A DNA stretch of 15,512 nucleotides from an uncultured Pseudomonadota bacterium (GCA_964454175.1 CAYVSA010000049.1:1-15512), one strand, 5' to 3'. Counted from the first letter of the stretch, positions 1 to 12,785 are shown. The notes: generated by a model from the letters alone, not told the origin. Program-made: numbers and translations.

Positions 1-33
1 AGGCTTCGTCCTCTCAAACTTGGCCTTAGACAT
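1..33 (-). CDS. tuf: Elongation factor Tu, 5' end only (truncated by window edge); str-operon copy
   Basis: Reverse complement of 1-33 reads ATG TCT AAG GCC AAG TTT GAG AGG ACG AAG CCT = MSKAKFERTKP, the typical EF-Tu N-terminus. SD AAGGAGG at 39-45. Lies directly downstream of fusA. Confidence 0.96.
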   Translation of the reverse strand, partial: MSKAKFERTKP

Positions 34-70
34 GTCTTCCTCCTTGAGAACGGAAAGCAGATAAACCCGT

Positions 71-2152
<2,082 letters not shown>

Positions 2153-2187
2153 AACTATCTCCTGACCGTACTGTTACCGCCCGTCAA

Positions 2188-2658
2188 CTACCAGCGGTAA
2201 TGGGCAAAGGCTTTGTTGGCCTCGGCCATACGGTGAACGTCTTCCTTTTTCTTGATGGAAACTCCGCGATTGTTCGCTGCGTCCATGAACTCGCCAGCCA
2301 GCCGCTCTACCATGGTTCTTTCAGAGCGTGACCTTGCGCTTGCAATGAGCCATCTCATAGCAAGTGCCTGTTTCCTGTCATACCTGACCTCAACAGGAAC
2401 CTGGTAGGTGGCACCACCTACGCGCCTTGATTTCACTTCCAGCATGGGCTTGGTATTGTCAATGGCTTTTTTGAACATCGTCAGGGGATCTTCGCTGCCC
2501 CTTTCGGCCATCAGGTCCATAGCACCGTAAAAAGTAGATTCGGCAAGACTTTTCTTGCCGCCAAGCATAATATTGCAGATAAACTTTGAAACAAGTTTAT
2601 CCTTGTATTTTGGATCCGGCAGAATCTCTCTTTTCTTTGCGACTCTCCTGCGAGCCAT
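2188..2658 (-). CDS. rpsG: 30S ribosomal protein S7
   Basis: 156 aa with [12 protein letters not shown] and C-terminal [22 protein letters not shown] upstream. Confidence 0.99.
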   Translation of the reverse strand: MARRRVAKKREILPDPKYKDKLVSKFICNIMLGGKKSLAESTFYGAMDLMAERGSEDPLTMFKKAIDNTKPMLEVKSRRVGGATYQVPVEVRYDRKQALAMRWLIASARSRSERTMVERLAGEFMDAANNRGVSIKKKEDVHRMAEANKAFAHYRW

Positions 2659-2681
2659 ATCAAACCTCCACTTACTTCAGC

Positions 2682-3053
2682 TTACTTCGGCCGTTTAGCT
2701 CCGTATTTGGATCTGCTCTGTCTCCTGTCAGCCACTCCGGCGGTGTCCAGGGTACCTCTCACAATGTGGTAACGGACACCCGGAATATCCTTGATCCTTC
2801 CACCCCTGATCAGAACTACAGAGTGCTCCTGAAGGTTGTGGCCGACCCCGGGAATGTATGAGGTCACTTCAATGCCATTTGTCAGCCTGACCCTGGCCAC
2901 CTTTCTAAGGGCAGAGTTGGGCTTTTTCGGCGTTGTGGTGTAAACCCGGACGCAGACACCCCTCTTCTGGGGACAGTTCTGCATGGCAGGGCTCTTGGAT
3001 TTTTTCACCAACTTACGCCGGCTCTTTCGGACCAGCTGGTTGAGTGTAGGCAT
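2682..3053 (-). CDS. rpsL: 30S ribosomal protein S12
   Basis: 123 aa with [27 protein letters not shown] and [17 protein letters not shown] upstream. Confidence 0.99.
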   Translation of the reverse strand: MPTLNQLVRKSRRKLVKKSKSPAMQNCPQKRGVCVRVYTTTPKKPNSALRKVARVRLTNGIEVTSYIPGVGHNLQEHSVVLIRGGRIKDIPGVRYHIVRGTLDTAGVADRRQSRSKYGAKRPK

Positions 3054-3099
3054 CAGTGGACTCCTAACGCTAAATACCTGATTTTTCTATATAATATAT

Positions 3100-3225
3100 A
3101 ATAAGGACGCAGAAACCCTGTCAGGGCATGGTACTCGTTTCAAAGAGCCCTGCCGGTCTCTATTCGCCCCGCGCCAGGGTCTGGAAAACCACCGGCATGA
3201 AGGCTACATTCATGAAGTCCTTATT
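3100..3225 (-). promoter_or_regulatory. Putative structured 5' leader RNA of the rpsL-rpsG-fusA-tuf operon
   Basis: Perfect 9-bp inverted repeat (AATAAGGAC at 3100-3108 / GTCCTTATT at 3217-3225) enclosing several internal stems, located between the predicted promoter and the rpsL SD. Pairings were found by eye and not folded computationally. Confidence 0.5.
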
Positions 3226-3265
3226 TGAATCCCGGGCCCCAAATTCGCTCGGGAAAAACTCGACG

Positions 3266-3294
3266 AAACTATCAGCACAGCCTATATTTGTCAA
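3266..3294 (-). promoter_or_regulatory. Sigma70-type promoter for the rpsL (str) operon
   Basis: Minus strand has a consensus -35 TTGACA (3294-3289), a 17-nt spacer, and -10 TAGTTT (3271-3266) preceded by an extended -10 TG-n. Predicted TSS is near 3259. Confidence 0.8.
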
Positions 3295-3389
3295 GCACAA
3301 ATAATGGCTTATTCCAGCCGTTCGTTCACGTTTTCAGAAAAAAACGTACGGCTGACAAACTGTCCGTCCACCGGGTAACAGCAGCCTTG

Positions 3390-3425
3390 AAAAAGCCCGC
3401 GAGGGACATTCCCATGGATCCGGCT
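3390..3425 (-). terminator. Possible weak intrinsic terminator after rpoC
   Basis: Minus strand AGCC...GGGA-ATG-TCCC...GGCT followed by a short T run, just after the rpoC stop. The stem is imperfect. Confidence 0.3.
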
Positions 3426-3430
3426 GATAC

Positions 3431-6400
3431 CTAGGAAGTTTTGATCTCGGCCGCTACTTCCTTCGGCAGATCCTTCGGCTTTACACCCATGTCTATATAC
3501 TGTCTGAGACCGGTCCCGGCAGGTATCAGCCTGCCTACGATCACATTTTCCTTCAGTCCCTTCAGGTAGTCGATCCGGCCTGAGATGCCAGCCTCTGTAA
3601 GGACTCTCGTAGTCTCCTGGAATGAAGCAGAGGATATGAAACTGTCCGTATTGAGCGCAGCCTTGGTTATTCCCTGGAGAATCGGCTTCCCGTTGGCAGG
3701 TTTACCGCCCTCAGCCATGATCTTTTCATTCGCCTCAAGAAAAACCCAGCGATCGACCTGGTCGCCGACCAGGAAGGAGGTATCGCCAACATCCTCGATG
3801 CTCACCTTTCTGAGCATCTGCCTGATTATGACCTCGATGTGCTTATCGTTGATCTTCACGCCCTGAAGGAGATAGACCTCCTGAACTTCGTTCACGAGAT
3901 ACTTCTGGAGCTCCTTCTCCCCAAGTACGTGGAGGATGTCGTGAGGATTTGGGGATCCGTCCATCAGGGGTTCGCCGGCCTTTACATGATCTCCTTCGTG
4001 GACACTGATGTGTTTACCCCGTGGTATCAGATATTCCCTTGCATCGCCCACTTCCGGCCTGACTTCGATCTTTCTCTTTCCCTTTACGTCACGGCCATAG
4101 TAAACAACACCGTCGATCTCACTGATCGTGGCCTGTTCCTTGGGTATCCTGGCCTCAAAAAGCTCTGCTACCCTGGGCAGACCACCCGTAATGTCTTTGG
4201 TTTTGGTGGTCTCGATGGGAATCTTGGCAATAGCGTCACCAGCCTCGATCTCGTCACCCTCAGTGATCATGAGGATCGCGGAAGACGGCATGAAATATCG
4301 GGCAGTTGATGTGCTTCCGGGAACCTTTAGAGTTTTGTTATCCTCATCCTTGATGGACACTCTCGGCCGCAGTTCTGTGCCCTGGTACTCGGTGATAACC
4401 TTACTGGCTATACCGGTCACCTCGTCGACCTGGTCCTTCATGGTCCTTCCTTCGATAATGTCACCGAACTTGATCCGACCCCCTACCTCAGAGAGGATCG
4501 GGGTGCTGAAGGGGTCCCACTCAGCAAGAAGATGACCTGCCTTTACTTTGTCGTTATCGCTCACTTTTAGCCTGGCTCCGTAGATGACAGGATATCTTTT
4601 TTTCTCGCGTCCGTTTTCATCCACAAGTGCCATTTCACCGTTGCGATTCATGACGACCAGGTCGCCTTCCCTGTTTTTAAGGGTGACCAGGTTTATGAAC
4701 TTCACGACTCCGTCGATCTTGGCTTCCAGGGAGGTCTGCTCAACTCTTCTGCTGGCAGTTCCGCCAATATGGAAAGTTCTCATTGTGAGCTGTGTCCCAG
4801 GCTCTCCGATGGACTGGGCCGCGATTATTCCTACAGCCTCTCCTGATGCGACCAGATCGCCCCTCGCAAGATCCCTTCCATAGCACTTGGCACATATCCC
4901 GCGCTTGGACTTGCAGGTTAACGCAGATCTTATGGCAACGCCTTCGTAGCCGAGGCCCCTTCTGTCGATCTCCCTGACAACTTCCTCATCGATCTCGTCG
5001 TTGGCCTTTACTATTACTTCCCCCGTCTCCGGATCACTGATATCTTCAAGAGCGGTCCGCCCGAGGATCCTTTCCTCCAGCGGTTGGATGACTTCCCCGC
5101 TCTCCACGAGTGACGTCACCATGATGCCATCCAGAGTGCCGCAGTCGTCCATGATCACTATGCACTCCTGGGCGACATCGATAAGGCGCCTTGTAAGATA
5201 TCCTGAGTTGGCTGTCTTAAGCGCGGTGTCGGCCAGACCTTTTCTGGCACCGTGAGTGGAGATGAAATATTCGAGGACCTGCAGACCTTCCCGGAAGTTG
5301 GCCTTGATAGGCGTCTCGATGATCTCACCCGACGGTTTTGCCATGAGGCCCCTCATCCCTGCCAGCTGCCTTATCTGCTGTGCGGAGCCCCTGGCTCCCG
5401 AATCAGCCATCATATATATGGAGTTGAAGGTTCCCGCTCCCATGGTGCCTTCGTTCTCGAGGTCTTCCATAACCTCTTCGGCCACCACCTCAGTGACCTG
5501 AGCCCAGATGTCTACGACCTTGTTGTAACGCTCACCATCTGTAATGAGACCGTCAGTGTACTGGGCCTGGACCCTGGCGACCTCTTTTTCCGCCTGAGAC
5601 AGGAGGTCAGCTTTCTTCTCGGGCACGTACATGTCATCAACGCAGATGGAAAGACCGGAACTGGTAGCGTAAGCAAAGCCAAGGTTCTTGAGCTTGTCCA
5701 GCAGATAAATGGTTTTCTCACTGCCGGCCGTCATGAATGATTCCTTTATGATCTCGCCCAGATCTTTTTTCTTGAGGAGCCTGTTTATCCTGGAAAAGGG
5801 AACATTGTCCGGCATGATCTCGAAAAGCAGTACCCTGCCAACCGTTGTTTTCACCATCTCGCCTTCATGCCTGACCTGTATTCCAGACTGAAGCGCAACG
5901 ACATCACGATCGTAGGCCATCCTGACGGCATCCATGTTGGGAAAAACCATTTCCGTACCATCTGGCTGGAGCCTCTCCTTGGTCATCCAGTAGATCCCCA
6001 GGACAATATCCTGGCTGGGAACAACGATGGGCCTGCCGTTAGCAGGCGACATGACGTTGTTGGTAGCGAGCATCAGAGTACGCGCTTCCATCTGCGCCTC
6101 AAGGGACAGCGGTACGTGCACCGCCATCTGGTCGCCATCGAAGTCAGCGTTGAATGCCGCACAGACCAGCGGGTGAAGCTGGATCGCCTTCCCCTCAATA
6201 AGCACCGGCTCAAAGGCCTGGATCCCCAGGCGGTGAAGAGTCGGGGCACGGTTCAAAAGCACGGGATGGTCTTTGATCACCTCGTCAAGAACGTCCCAGA
6301 CCTCAGGCCGTTCCTTTTCAACCATTTTCTTGGCGCTCTTTATCGTGGTCACATGTTCATACTGCTCAAGCTTCTGGTATATGAAAGGTTTGAAGAGCTC

Positions 6401-7534
6401 GAGGGCCATTTTCTTGGGCAGTCCGCACTGATGCAGTTTAAGCTCGGGACCGATAACAATGACACTCCTGCCGGAATAGTCCACTCTCTTGCCAAGGAGG
6501 TTCTGGCGGAATCTGCCCTGCTTTCCCTTGAGCATGTCGCTGAGGGATTTGAGAGGTCTCTTGTTTGAACCCACGATCGGTCTGCCGCGACGCCCATTAT
6601 CAAAGAGAGCGTCTACCGCCTCCTGAAGCATCCGTTTTTCGTTGCGGATAATGATCTCCGGAGCCCTGAGCTCCATCAACCTTTTCAAGCGGTTATTCCT
6701 GTTAATGACCCTCCGGTAGAGATCGTTGAGGTCTGAGGTCGCAAATCTTCCGCCGTCAAGAGGCACGAGAGGACGAAGCTCAGGGGGAAGAACAGGGATG
6801 ACCTCCAGCACCATCCACTCCGGCCTGTTTCCTGAGCTCCTGAAAGCCTCGAGAGTTTTTAGACGCTTTACGACTTTCTTACGCTTGGCTTCCGAATTAG
6901 TCTCAAGCATCTCACGCCTCAGATCGACAGCGAGAGTGTCGAGTTCAATTCTGCCCAGAAGCTCCTTAACGGCTTCAGCACCCATGCCGGCGACAAAAGT
7001 ATCGCCGAACTCGTCTTCAAGTTCCCTGTACCTTTCCTCCGTCAGAAGTTCACGCTCTTTAAGACCCGTGTTTTCCCCTGGCTCAAGGACAATGTACTCC
7101 TCATAGTAGAGAACCCGCTCGAGTTCTCTCAGTGACATGTCGAGCATGAGGCCTATACGGCTGGGTATCCCCTTCATGAACCAGATGTGCGCCACAGGAG
7201 ATGCCAGTTCAATATGACCCAGCCTTTCCCTGCGCACCTTGGACTGGATAACCTCCACCCCGCACTTTTCACACACAATCCCTCTGTGCTTCATGCGTTT
7301 GTACTTGCCGCAATTACATTCGTAGTCCTTGGTAGGGCCAAAAATCTTCGCGCAGAAGAGACCGTCCCGCTCCGGCTTGAAAGTCCTGTAATTGATAGTC
7401 TCCGGCTTCTTTACTTCGCCATATGACCACGCGCGGATCTTCTCCGGGGAGGCCAGTTTGAGTCTGATGGAGTTGAAGTGCGTCGGGTACTTCGGTCTGT
7501 CAAAAAACTCGCTATAAAAATCTGTCAGGGGCAT
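3431..7534 (-). CDS. rpoC: DNA-directed RNA polymerase subunit beta' (1367 aa)
   Basis: Catalytic NADFDGD (6131-6151), N-terminal Zn finger CNC...CEKC, bridge helix [24 protein letters not shown], trigger loop [13 protein letters not shown] with a large insertion. GGAGG SD 7 nt upstream of the ATG. Confidence 0.99.
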   Translation of the reverse strand: MPLTDFYSEFFDRPKYPTHFNSIRLKLASPEKIRAWSYGEVKKPETINYRTFKPERDGLFCAKIFGPTKDYECNCGKYKRMKHRGIVCEKCGVEVIQSKVRRERLGHIELASPVAHIWFMKGIPSRIGLMLDMSLRELERVLYYEEYIVLEPGENTGLKERELLTEERYRELEDEFGDTFVAGMGAEAVKELLGRIELDTLAVDLRREMLETNSEAKRKKVVKRLKTLEAFRSSGNRPEWMVLEVIPVLPPELRPLVPLDGGRFATSDLNDLYRRVINRNNRLKRLMELRAPEIIIRNEKRMLQEAVDALFDNGRRGRPIVGSNKRPLKSLSDMLKGKQGRFRQNLLGKRVDYSGRSVIVIGPELKLHQCGLPKKMALELFKPFIYQKLEQYEHVTTIKSAKKMVEKERPEVWDVLDEVIKDHPVLLNRAPTLHRLGIQAFEPVLIEGKAIQLHPLVCAAFNADFDGDQMAVHVPLSLEAQMEARTLMLATNNVMSPANGRPIVVPSQDIVLGIYWMTKERLQPDGTEMVFPNMDAVRMAYDRDVVALQSGIQVRHEGEMVKTTVGRVLLFEIMPDNVPFSRINRLLKKKDLGEIIKESFMTAGSEKTIYLLDKLKNLGFAYATSSGLSICVDDMYVPEKKADLLSQAEKEVARVQAQYTDGLITDGERYNKVVDIWAQVTEVVAEEVMEDLENEGTMGAGTFNSIYMMADSGARGSAQQIRQLAGMRGLMAKPSGEIIETPIKANFREGLQVLEYFISTHGARKGLADTALKTANSGYLTRRLIDVAQECIVIMDDCGTLDGIMVTSLVESGEVIQPLEERILGRTALEDISDPETGEVIVKANDEIDEEVVREIDRRGLGYEGVAIRSALTCKSKRGICAKCYGRDLARGDLVASGEAVGIIAAQSIGEPGTQLTMRTFHIGGTASRRVEQTSLEAKIDGVVKFINLVTLKNREGDLVVMNRNGEMALVDENGREKKRYPVIYGARLKVSDNDKVKAGHLLAEWDPFSTPILSEVGGRIKFGDIIEGRTMKDQVDEVTGIASKVITEYQGTELRPRVSIKDEDNKTLKVPGSTSTARYFMPSSAILMITEGDEIEAGDAIAKIPIETTKTKDITGGLPRVAELFEARIPKEQATISEIDGVVYYGRDVKGKRKIEVRPEVGDAREYLIPRGKHISVHEGDHVKAGEPLMDGSPNPHDILHVLGEKELQKYLVNEVQEVYLLQGVKINDKHIEVIIRQMLRKVSIEDVGDTSFLVGDQVDRWVFLEANEKIMAEGGKPANGKPILQGITKAALNTDSFISSASFQETTRVLTEAGISGRIDYLKGLKENVIVGRLIPAGTGLRQYIDMGVKPKDLPKEVAAEIKTS

Positions 7535-7583
7535 TTGCCTTCCTCCAGTGAGGGTATTTCGCCGACTTTAAATAGACCTGATA

Positions 7584-10500
7584 TCATGATTTTTCTACGT
7601 CTTCGATCTCCATCAGCTCCACGTCCAGGCAGAAACTCTGAAGTTCTTTTACAAGCACGTTGAAGGATTCTGGGAGGCCCGCGTCCATGGTGTTGCTGCC
7701 CTTGACGATAGCCTCGTACATCTTGGTTCTTCCCGCAACGTCATCGGATTTGACTGTGAGCATCTCCTGCAGGGTATGGGCTGCGCCGTACCCTTCCAGG
7801 GCCCAGACTTCCATTTCACCGAACCTCTGCCCGCCGAACTGGGCTTTGCCCCCCAGGGGCTGCTGTGTCACCAGCGAATAAGGTCCAATGGACCTGGCAT
7901 GAATCTTGTCATCTACCAGATGATGTAGTTTCAGCATATAAATATAGCCAATAGTCACATCCCTGTGAAAAGTCTCTCCGGTCCGCCCGTCAAATAACTT
8001 TGCCTGGCCCTCGATATTTAGCCCGGCCTTTTCCAGGAGCGCATGTATTTCGTCTTCTCCTGCTCCGTCGAAGACCGGCGAAGATACAAGAACGCCGCTG
8101 GAAAGATCCGCGCAAAGCGACAGCACCTTGGCATCGTCCATATCATCCAGAGTGGATGCAACTTCCTTGTCGTCAAAGACACCCTTCAGGTGACGTCTGA
8201 GCTTGTCGGCAGTGGCTTCACCGTCAAGCAGCTCTCTTACCTTGGCGCCCAGCCCCTTCGCAGCCCATCCAAGCATGGTTTCCAGGATCTGGCCCACGTT
8301 CATCCGGCTCGGAACACCCAGAGGGTTTAAAACCATGTCTACCGGCGTACCGTCCTCCAGATAGGGCATGTCCTCGACGGGCACTATCTTTGAAAGGACT
8401 CCCTTGTTCCCATGTCTTCCGGCCATCTTGTCGCCCACTGCCAGGTGGCGCTTGATCGCCAGGTAGACCTTGACCATTTTGATAACTCCAGGAGGCAGTT
8501 CGTCTCCTTTTCTGAGCTTATCGATCTTGCCGTCGAAGAGGGATTTAATTGCCTCTTCCTGTCTCTCGGCGCTCTGCTTCAGAACCAGGATCCTCTCCAT
8601 TGTTTTGGCATCGGCAAGAGGTATGTCAAACCACTTGACCTTGGGAAGTTCCTCAAGGATCTTTGCAGTGATCCTGGCTTCTTTTTTGGCAATTGTCTTT
8701 CCGTCCGGCCCTTTCAGGCTGGCGGCAAGTTTCCTGCCTGCCAGTACAGTTCCAACCTTCTCGAACATGCTATCCCGTACTATCCGGCTCTCATCGTCAC
8801 GGTCCTTGATGTACCTTGCCACCTGCTCGTCCTCGATGGCCTGAGCCCTCTTGTCCTTGTCCATCCCCCGCCTGGAGAAAACCTTGACGTCGATGACTAC
8901 ACCTTCAACCCCTGGAGGAACCCTGAGGGAGGTGTCCCGAACGTCACCAGCCTTCTCTCCGAAGATAGCCCTGAGCAGCTTTTCTTCAGGTGTAAGCTGG
9001 GTTTCGCCCTTGGGCGTAACCTTTCCGACGAGGATATCACCGGAACTGACTTCAGCTCCTATCCTGACTATTCCTGCCTCATCCAGGTCCTTCAGGGCCT
9101 CTTCACCAACATTGGGGATGTCCCTGGTGATCTCTTCCTTGCCCAGCTTGGTGTCCCGGGCCATGACTTCGAACTCCTCAATGTGGATAGAGGTGAACAC
9201 ATCCTCCTTCACCAGTTTCTCACTTACGAGTATGGAGTCTTCGAAGTTGTATCCGCCCCAGGGCATGAAAGCCACCAGGATATTCTGACCAAGTGCCAGG
9301 TCACCGCCTTCCGTCGCAGGGCCGTCAGCTATTACATCGCCCCTTGCAACGTACTGTCCGGGCCCGACAATGGGGACCTGGTTAATACACGTGTTCTGGT
9401 TGGATCTCTTGAACTTCGTAAGATGATAGATATCGACGGAAGGGGAGTTGTCAAACCCTTCCTGCTCCTCCTCGGCATCCTCTACCTGCACCACGATCCT
9501 TGAGGCATCTACGCTTTCTATTGTACCGCCCCTCAGCGCAGCTACTACTGCTCCCGAATCCCTGGCGGCAACCGATTCCATCCCTGTCCCCACAAGAGGA
9601 GCTCTTGTCTTGAGCAGGGGCACAGCCTGCCTCTGCATGTTGGATCCCATTAGGGCCCGGTTGGCATCGTCATTTTCAAGGAACGGGATAAGTGAAGCTG
9701 CCACCGACACCAGTTGCTTGGGGGATACATCCATGAACTCCACTTCATCGCGGGACATGATGGCTGGTTCTCCGCCCTTCCTGCACGCGACCAGTTCCGT
9801 CTCGAAGCGATTTTTGTTGTCCAGGGGAGCACTGGCCTGGGCGATGACATATGGGTCCTCGTCCAGAGCGGAGAGGTACTCGATCTCATTCTTTACCCTG
9901 CTGTTCTCAACTTTTCGGTACGGTGTCTCAATGAAACCGAATTCGTTTATCCTGGCATAGGTGGAAAGAGATGATATCAGACCGATGTTTGGCCCTTCCG
10001 GGGTCTCGATGGGGCAGATGCGGCCGTAGTGGGTCGGATGAACATCTCGAACTTCAAAACCGGCACGCTCCCTCGTGAGACCGCCTGGTCCAAGAGCCGA
10101 AAGTCTCCTCTTGTGGGTAACCTCGGAAAGGGGGTTGGTCTGATCCATGAACTGTGAAAGCTGGCTGCTGCCGAAAAACTCCTTGACCACCGCAGAAACC
10201 GGTTTGGCGTTAATGAGGTCGTGAGGCATCACGGACTCCATTTCCTGGATGCTCATTCTCTCTTTGATAGCCCTCTCCATGCGGACCAGCCCAATACGGA
10301 ACTGGTTTTCAAGTAGTTCCCCGACACTTCTGACACGGCGGTTACCCAGGTGGTCTATATCGTCCATCTGTGCTTCCTTGGACCCGCTCCTGAGTTTAAC
10401 GAGGTACTGCATTATGGCCAGTATGTCCTCAGGCATCAGAGTTCTTACTTCCAGAGGGGTATCAAGGCTGAGTTTCTTGTTGAGTTTGAGCCTCCCAACT

Positions 10501-11720
10501 TTGGAGAGGTCATACCTGTCCGGGTTAAAAAACAGCCTGTCGAAGTGAGCCCTGGCTGTCTCGGGGGTAGGGGGATCTCCCGGCCTCAGTTTACGGTATA
10601 TCTCCAGCAGCGCTTCCTCGTTGTCGGTGACCTTGTCAGTAGCGAGAGTATCGCGAAGGGAGGTTTCGTACTTGAGGTTGTCGATAAAGATCACTTTAAG
10701 GTCGATCTTGCCCAGGGTACCCAGTTGTTCGAGGAGCTCCTCGGTGATCTCTTCGTTGCACTCCGCAATTATTTCGCCGGTGGCCAGGTCCACCACCGGA
10801 GTGGCCAGATACCTGCCGATGAGCTCTTCAGCACTGATCTCGATCTCGCTAACGCCGGCAGATTCGATCTTCTTGACGGTGGAGGCAAAGATCTTTCTTC
10901 CCTCTCTCACGATCACCTCGCCGGTACCCGGATCCTTGATCTCCCTGCTTGCATTGGTGAACTGGAGGGTCTCCCGGTTGTAGGCTTTATATGCTTTCTC
11001 CCCATCGAGGCGGATACTGTCGATCTCATAAAACCGCCTGATGATCTCTTCAGGCTCGAACCCTATGGCTTTTAACAGGATCGTAGCGTGTATCTTCCTT
11101 CGCCGGTCAATACGAACGTTGATTAGTCCCTTGGCATCGTACTCAAAGTCGAGCCAGGATCCCCGGTAGGGTATGACACGAGCCGAGTAAAGCGGCCTGC
11201 CCCCCAGCATGGACTTGGATTTGTCCAACTCATAAAACACACCGGGCGATCGATGCAGCTGGCTGACTATAACCCTCTCAGTGCCGTTAATGATAAAGGT
11301 ACCGTTTCCGGTCATGAGTGGGATCTCTCCAAGGTATACCTCCTGCTCCTTGGCTTCCTTCACCCTTTTGGCCTTGGTCTCCTCATCCACTTCGAGGTGA
11401 ACAAGCCGGATCTTGACGTTAAGGGGCGCCGAGAACGTCATCCCTCTGTCCTGGCACTCCCGCACGTCGAATTTCGGTTCCTTGATATCATACTCAACAT
11501 ATTCAAGAAGATTTGTTCCCGAGTAATCGCTGATCGGGAAAATCCCCTTGAACACTGCGTGCAGCCCCGTCTCCTCCCTGTTGTCGGCCGGGATATTCAT
11601 CTGGAGGAATTTCTCATAAGATTCCTTCTGAACCTCGATGAGATTGGGCATGGTAATAATTGTTGGCAGTACTGAAAAATCCTTGCGAAGGGAGAATCTG
11701 GTCACGGCGGCTTTTGCCAT
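7584..11720 (-). CDS. rpoB: DNA-directed RNA polymerase subunit beta (1378 aa)
   Basis: Rifampicin-region [66 protein letters not shown] upstream. Confidence 0.99.
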   Translation of the reverse strand: MAKAAVTRFSLRKDFSVLPTIITMPNLIEVQKESYEKFLQMNIPADNREETGLHAVFKGIFPISDYSGTNLLEYVEYDIKEPKFDVRECQDRGMTFSAPLNVKIRLVHLEVDEETKAKRVKEAKEQEVYLGEIPLMTGNGTFIINGTERVIVSQLHRSPGVFYELDKSKSMLGGRPLYSARVIPYRGSWLDFEYDAKGLINVRIDRRRKIHATILLKAIGFEPEEIIRRFYEIDSIRLDGEKAYKAYNRETLQFTNASREIKDPGTGEVIVREGRKIFASTVKKIESAGVSEIEISAEELIGRYLATPVVDLATGEIIAECNEEITEELLEQLGTLGKIDLKVIFIDNLKYETSLRDTLATDKVTDNEEALLEIYRKLRPGDPPTPETARAHFDRLFFNPDRYDLSKVGRLKLNKKLSLDTPLEVRTLMPEDILAIMQYLVKLRSGSKEAQMDDIDHLGNRRVRSVGELLENQFRIGLVRMERAIKERMSIQEMESVMPHDLINAKPVSAVVKEFFGSSQLSQFMDQTNPLSEVTHKRRLSALGPGGLTRERAGFEVRDVHPTHYGRICPIETPEGPNIGLISSLSTYARINEFGFIETPYRKVENSRVKNEIEYLSALDEDPYVIAQASAPLDNKNRFETELVACRKGGEPAIMSRDEVEFMDVSPKQLVSVAASLIPFLENDDANRALMGSNMQRQAVPLLKTRAPLVGTGMESVAARDSGAVVAALRGGTIESVDASRIVVQVEDAEEEQEGFDNSPSVDIYHLTKFKRSNQNTCINQVPIVGPGQYVARGDVIADGPATEGGDLALGQNILVAFMPWGGYNFEDSILVSEKLVKEDVFTSIHIEEFEVMARDTKLGKEEITRDIPNVGEEALKDLDEAGIVRIGAEVSSGDILVGKVTPKGETQLTPEEKLLRAIFGEKAGDVRDTSLRVPPGVEGVVIDVKVFSRRGMDKDKRAQAIEDEQVARYIKDRDDESRIVRDSMFEKVGTVLAGRKLAASLKGPDGKTIAKKEARITAKILEELPKVKWFDIPLADAKTMERILVLKQSAERQEEAIKSLFDGKIDKLRKGDELPPGVIKMVKVYLAIKRHLAVGDKMAGRHGNKGVLSKIVPVEDMPYLEDGTPVDMVLNPLGVPSRMNVGQILETMLGWAAKGLGAKVRELLDGEATADKLRRHLKGVFDDKEVASTLDDMDDAKVLSLCADLSSGVLVSSPVFDGAGEDEIHALLEKAGLNIEGQAKLFDGRTGETFHRDVTIGYIYMLKLHHLVDDKIHARSIGPYSLVTQQPLGGKAQFGGQRFGEMEVWALEGYGAAHTLQEMLTVKSDDVAGRTKMYEAIVKGSNTMDAGLPESFNVLVKELQSFCLDVELMEIEDVEKS

Positions 11721-11759
11721 CGTAGCACCTCATTAGGAAAATTTGGGTTTTCTACAAAC

Positions 11760-11795
11760 TGCGGGAGGGGCCCCTCAAAGAAGCCCTCCCCCGCA
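11760..11795 (-). terminator. GC-rich hairpin between rplL and rpoB (putative attenuator or partial terminator)
   Basis: Minus strand TGCGGGGGAGGGC...GCCCCTCCCGCA forms a ~12-bp stem with one bulge and one G-U pair, followed by a weak GTTTGT tail. E. coli has an attenuator at the equivalent position. Confidence 0.55.
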
Positions 11796-11814
11796 AATAT
11801 TGGAATGTTTTCTG

Positions 11815-12198
11815 TTACTTGACCTCTATCGTAGCACCGACTTCTTCAAGTTGTTTCTTCGCGTCTTCGGCTTCGTCCTTTGAAACACCCTCTTTTACCG
11901 GGCCCGGAGCACCATCAACAACACTCTTGGCCTCCTTGAGACCGAGGCCGGTCAGGCTTCGAACAACCTTGATCACCTTGATCTTCTCAGAGCCGATCTC
12001 AGACAGAATAACGTCAAACTCGGTCTGTTCCTCTTCAGCCGCTGCGCCGGCCCCTGCACCAGGCATCGCTGCCACCGCAACAGGAGCAGCTGCAGACACG
12101 CCAAATTTGTCTTCGAGTTCCTTAACGAACTCGGCCATTTCCAGGACAGTCATATTCTCGATAAACTTGACAACATCATCTTTTGTTACATCAGCCAT
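11815..12198 (-). CDS. rplL: 50S ribosomal protein L7/L12
   Basis: 127 aa with [11 protein letters not shown] hinge, KIKVIKVVR and [15 protein letters not shown] upstream. Confidence 0.99.
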   Translation of the reverse strand: MADVTKDDVVKFIENMTVLEMAEFVKELEDKFGVSAAAPVAVAAMPGAGAGAAAEEEQTEFDVILSEIGSEKIKVIKVVRSLTGLGLKEAKSVVDGAPGPVKEGVSKDEAEDAKKQLEEVGATIEVK

Positions 12199-12263
12199 TT
12201 CGGTATTCCTCCCGTATATTCTTTAATTGATAATTTATTATCCATTGCCCACCGGCACGGAGA

Positions 12264-12785
12264 TCAGGCTGCCTCTTTTTGAGCCCTGACTGCATCGAGT
12301 ACCCGTACAAACGACGCGGGGACCTCTGAAAGCAGCCTCACAAAGTTCCCTGCAGGCGCCTGGCATGTAGCAAGCACCCTTGCGACCATCGTGTCCCTGT
12401 CAGGCAGGTTTGCCAGCACCTTGATCTCTTCGAGGCTGATAATTTTTCCCTCGAGGACTCCGACTTTCAGTTCAAGATGCTTGCTTCCCTTGGCAAAATC
12501 AGAAATGACCTTCGCCGGACCCACTGGGTCGGACATGGTGTAGAGCATTCCCACTGGGCCGTCAAAGTGATCTTTGACAATCTCCAACTGGGTACCGTCG
12601 GCAGCTCTTTTAGACAGGGTGTTCTTCAGTACCCTGAACTTGGCTTCTTGTTCACGGAGTTTCACCCTGAAACTGCCCAGGTCGGAAACGGTCATCCCGC
12701 GAAAATCCGCCAGGATAGCCATACTGACCTCACCGAACAGTTTGTGAAGCTCCTTAACCCGCTCTTCTCTTTCGGCGCGATTCAA
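12264..12785 (-). CDS. rplJ: 50S ribosomal protein L10 (173 aa; start reassigned to TTG at 12785)
   Basis: DFRGMTV, VLKNTL and LANLPDRD motifs; upstream of rplL. SD AGGAGG (12793-12798) is 7 nt from the TTG at 12785 but only 1 nt from the ORF-track TTG at 12791, so MNRAERE... is the more likely N-terminus. Confidence 0.97.
   Translation of the reverse strand: MNRAEREERVKELHKLFGEVSMAILADFRGMTVSDLGSFRVKLREQEAKFRVLKNTLSKRAADGTQLEIVKDHFDGPVGMLYTMSDPVGPAKVISDFAKGSKHLELKVGVLEGKIISLEEIKVLANLPDRDTMVARVLATCQAPAGNFVRLLSEVPASFVRVLDAVRAQKEAA

Noticed and set aside
3081..3104. AT-rich tract containing TATAAT (3090-3095, plus strand) as a separate promoter
   Set aside because: No correctly spaced -35 on either strand. 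It is more simply an unstructured A/U-rich translation enhancer ahead of the rpsL SD.
3100..3225. The 9-bp inverted repeat read as MITE terminal repeats, or the interior read as an HDV-like or hammerhead ribozyme (GGCGAAT, GAAAC)
   Set aside because: No target-site duplication and no second copy in the window. The remaining ribozyme core elements (hammerhead CTGANGA, HDV P3/L3 nested pseudoknot) are not present.
3225..3434. 69-aa plus-strand ORF in the rpoC-rpsL spacer, and the possibility of an L7Ae-like gene upstream of rpsL
   Set aside because: TTG start with no SD, antisense across the rpsL promoter, and no L7Ae-like sequence. The ORF track shows no minus-strand ORF of that size in this spacer.
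4200..4760. ~190-aa insertion in the RpoC trigger loop, considered as a possible intein or novel domain
   Set aside because: Position (between RTFHIGG and [10 protein letters not shown]) and size match the known lineage-specific beta' insertion SI3/beta'i6. There are no intein splice motifs (N-terminal C/S, terminal HN).
8412..9503. 363-aa plus-strand ORF antisense to rpoB, and similar ORFs at 5867-6568, 10350-11075 and 13277-13861
   Set aside because: They lie opposite highly conserved essential genes and their translations show no recognisable motifs. Long antisense frames are an expected by-product of codon bias in such genes.
10080..10180. Possible intrinsic rifampicin-resistance substitutions in RpoB cluster I
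   Set aside because: The key residues in SQFMDQ, THKRR and LSALG match the susceptible consensus.
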